In this document: one piece after another, positions 62,154-64,000 of the stretch
How positions within the stretch are numbered: position 1 is the first letter of the stretch
Layout: every line of letters begins with the position of its first letter
Assembly: GCF_018378075.1 (NCBI RefSeq)
Contig: NZ_JAGZYE010000001.1
Coordinates: 246,997 to 310,996 of the forward strand
Direction of reading: 5' to 3'
DNA from: Veillonella parvula
Lineage (GTDB): Bacteria > Bacillota > Negativicutes > Veillonellales > Veillonellaceae
Length of the DNA: 64,000 nucleotides
Made by a program: the position numbers and the translations under genes
Notes under the pieces: model-generated
The model's input: only the letters and a program-made list of their open reading frames with translations
Told to the model about the DNA's origin: nothing
The model's database searches: none

Positions 62154-63881
62154 ATGAAACCAATAGATTTATTTATGCAGTTTTTCCGGCGTGAAGGCTG
62201 GATCTATGCCATTGGCTTAACTATGTTGATGGCAATTGACGTGGCTTTTTTATTTGTTCCTCAATTTATTGGTAATGCTATAGATACGTTGAGCAATAAT
62301 AAGGAAGGGTTAGTCACTTATATTTTTTATTTCATTTTATTATTTATTATTATCACTATTTTAAAAGTTATCTCACGCAGAACCCTATTAGGCTCTATTC
62401 GTCGTATGGAGTATCTTTTTCGTGAGATTTTGTGTAGTAAAGCATTACAAGTAAAAACAACGTACTATGAGGCTAATGGACCTGGTAAGGTTATGGCGCT
62501 CATGACTAACGATGTAACATCGCTACGTGTTGCCCTTGGTCTAGGTGTAATGATTATAGTGGATATTATTTTCTATTCCATTGTGGGCTCCATAATTTTA
62601 ATTCAAAAGATTAATACTGTATTAGCTTTTAAAATTATGACACCTGTATTCTTAATTATTGTGGCTATATTTGTACTAGGCAGAAAGCTACGTATTAAAC
62701 AACGTAGTGCACAAGCTACTTATAGCGATTTAACAGAATTTGGACAAGAGTTATTTCAAGGGATGGATGTTATTCGCGCTTTTAATCGTGAAAGCATTAT
62801 CTCTAATTCTTTTGAAAAAATAAATAAACTTAATTATAAGAAGAATATGGATGTTGCACTACTAGATGCAATATTAACACCGTTGACAAGAATTGCACCC
62901 TTTATTTGTATCAGTATTAGTATTTTTATTTGTGGACATTTAGCTGTAGAAGGCAAAATGACTATAGGCGAATTTGTTACTATTAATTCATTCATAATGT
63001 TAATTGTGGGACCTTTAATAGGGTTTGGTGGCCTTATCTCGATTGTACAAAAAGGTCTTGCTTCTTTAGATCGTATTATGGATTTCTTACATTTGCCTAC
63101 AGAAACAATAGATGATACCGATGAAGTATTGCCGCTTGAGGATATTCATATTCGATATTTAGATTTTACTTATGAAAACTCTAAAGGGCATGCATTATCT
63201 CAGTTGACAACGACAATACCAAAAGGTTCTTTTATTGGTTTAGTTGGTAAACCCGGTTCTGGCAAAAGTACATTGTTTAAATTGCTTATTGGATTACAAG
63301 AGTGTCCGGAAAAATCTATTTATTTTGGCAGTCAAGATTTAGCTACTGTTTCTTTATCAAAGCTTAGAAACTCAATTGCTTATGTGCCAACACAATCTTA
63401 CCTTTTAAGTACGACCATTGCAGATAATATTAAATTTGGCAAAAATTTACCTATGCACGAAACTGTAGAAGTGGCAGCACAAAAGGCAGATTTATATAGA
63501 GATTTAGGCGATTTGTTAAACGATGATTTACATGAGCTTGCTGAAGAAGGTCATGATTTATCGGGTGGGCAGAAGCAGCGAATCAATATGGCTCGCGGCT
63601 TTTATAAAAATGCGCCATATGTATTGCTAGATGATTGTTTTTCCGCTTTAGATGCAGTAACAGTTACAACCATATTAAATTCATTACATAATGTAAAAGA
63701 TCAGACGATTCTATGTATTTCACAACGATTAGAGGTTGTAGAGAAAGCAGATAAAATACTAGTATTTGATGAGGGGCGTATCGTAGAAGAAGGTACTCAT
63801 GAGGAATTATTAGGTAACGATGGTTTATACCGTACCTTATATGAAGCGCAGAATGGAGGGGGCCATCATGAAGAAGCGTGA
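62154..63881 (+). CDS. ABC transporter permease/ATP-binding protein (type I exporter half-transporter)
   Basis: Six-TM N-domain; Walker A GKPGSGKST, LSGGQKQR signature, Walker B LLDD. Confidence 0.9.
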   Translation: MKPIDLFMQFFRREGWIYAIGLTMLMAIDVAFLFVPQFIGNAIDTLSNNKEGLVTYIFYFILLFIIITILKVISRRTLLGSIRRMEYLFREILCSKALQVKTTYYEANGPGKVMALMTNDVTSLRVALGLGVMIIVDIIFYSIVGSIILIQKINTVLAFKIMTPVFLIIVAIFVLGRKLRIKQRSAQATYSDLTEFGQELFQGMDVIRAFNRESIISNSFEKINKLNYKKNMDVALLDAILTPLTRIAPFICISISIFICGHLAVEGKMTIGEFVTINSFIMLIVGPLIGFGGLISIVQKGLASLDRIMDFLHLPTETIDDTDEVLPLEDIHIRYLDFTYENSKGHALSQLTTTIPKGSFIGLVGKPGSGKSTLFKLLIGLQECPEKSIYFGSQDLATVSLSKLRNSIAYVPTQSYLLSTTIADNIKFGKNLPMHETVEVAAQKADLYRDLGDLLNDDLHELAEEGHDLSGGQKQRINMARGFYKNAPYVLLDDCFSALDAVTVTTILNSLHNVKDQTILCISQRLEVVEKADKILVFDEGRIVEEGTHEELLGNDGLYRTLYEAQNGGGHHEEA

Positions 63882-64000
63882 TCTAAGAAATGACTGGGCT
63901 CTATTCTCCTATATAACTGGCTACATTAAGCCTTATTTAGGTATTCTATTTTTAGCAACTGTTGCGCTCGCAGGAAATTTAGTACTATTACTTTTACGCC
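63868..64000 (+). CDS. Second ABC exporter half-transporter (3'-partial, continues beyond the window)
   Basis: MKKRDLRNDWALFSYITGYIKPYLGILFLATVALAGNL TM1; start overlaps the preceding ABC gene by 14 nt, typical of heterodimeric exporter pairs. Confidence 0.75.
   Translation, partial: MKKRDLRNDWALFSYITGYIKPYLGILFLATVALAGNLVLLLLR

Overview
This 64-kb window is a low-GC (about 38-40% GC) chromosomal segment of Bacillota (Firmicutes) type. Almost every gene is on the + strand and tightly packed, often with overlapping start and stop codons. The content is conserved housekeeping synteny that closely parallels the B. subtilis ylo, yqe and rpsB-to-proS clusters: plsY-gpsA, rsmD-coaD, rqcH on the - strand, then yicC-remA-gmk-rpoZ-coaBC, a sulP / SAM-I riboswitch / metK block, priA-def-fmt, a DUF116 gene, and rsmB-rlmN-stp-pknB-rsgA-rpe. 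Next come rpsB-tsf, a 5'-truncated pyrH, frr, a small unknown ORF, and uppS-cdsA-dxr-rseP-ispG-proS. The remainder holds a PHP phosphoesterase, an unusual HprK-like P-loop::Asp23 fusion ORF, miaB, a TcmP-like methyltransferase, mutS-mutL, an RsmJ-like methyltransferase, miaA, an MGL-family protein and mnmA-lepA-hemW. A small siroheme sulfite-reductase-like ORF follows, then CIRCE-hrcA-grpE-dnaK-dnaJ-prmA-rsmE-mtaB-hit, rpsU-yqeY, glnN (type III GS), psiE and tpx on the - strand, and a heterodimeric ABC exporter. I found no rRNA, tRNA, CRISPR, IS, integrase or prophage signals, and no obvious multi-gene defence or novel system. The most unusual items are (1) a tsf-pyrH junction in which the pyrH 5' end, its RBS and the intergenic spacer appear deleted, (2) the HprK-like Walker-A domain fused to an Asp23/Gls24 domain, (3) a small coupled ORF between frr and uppS, and (4) several structured or palindromic leaders upstream of glnN, mnmA, hrcA and rpsB. 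All calls come from reading translations, motifs and synteny by eye; no database search was run.
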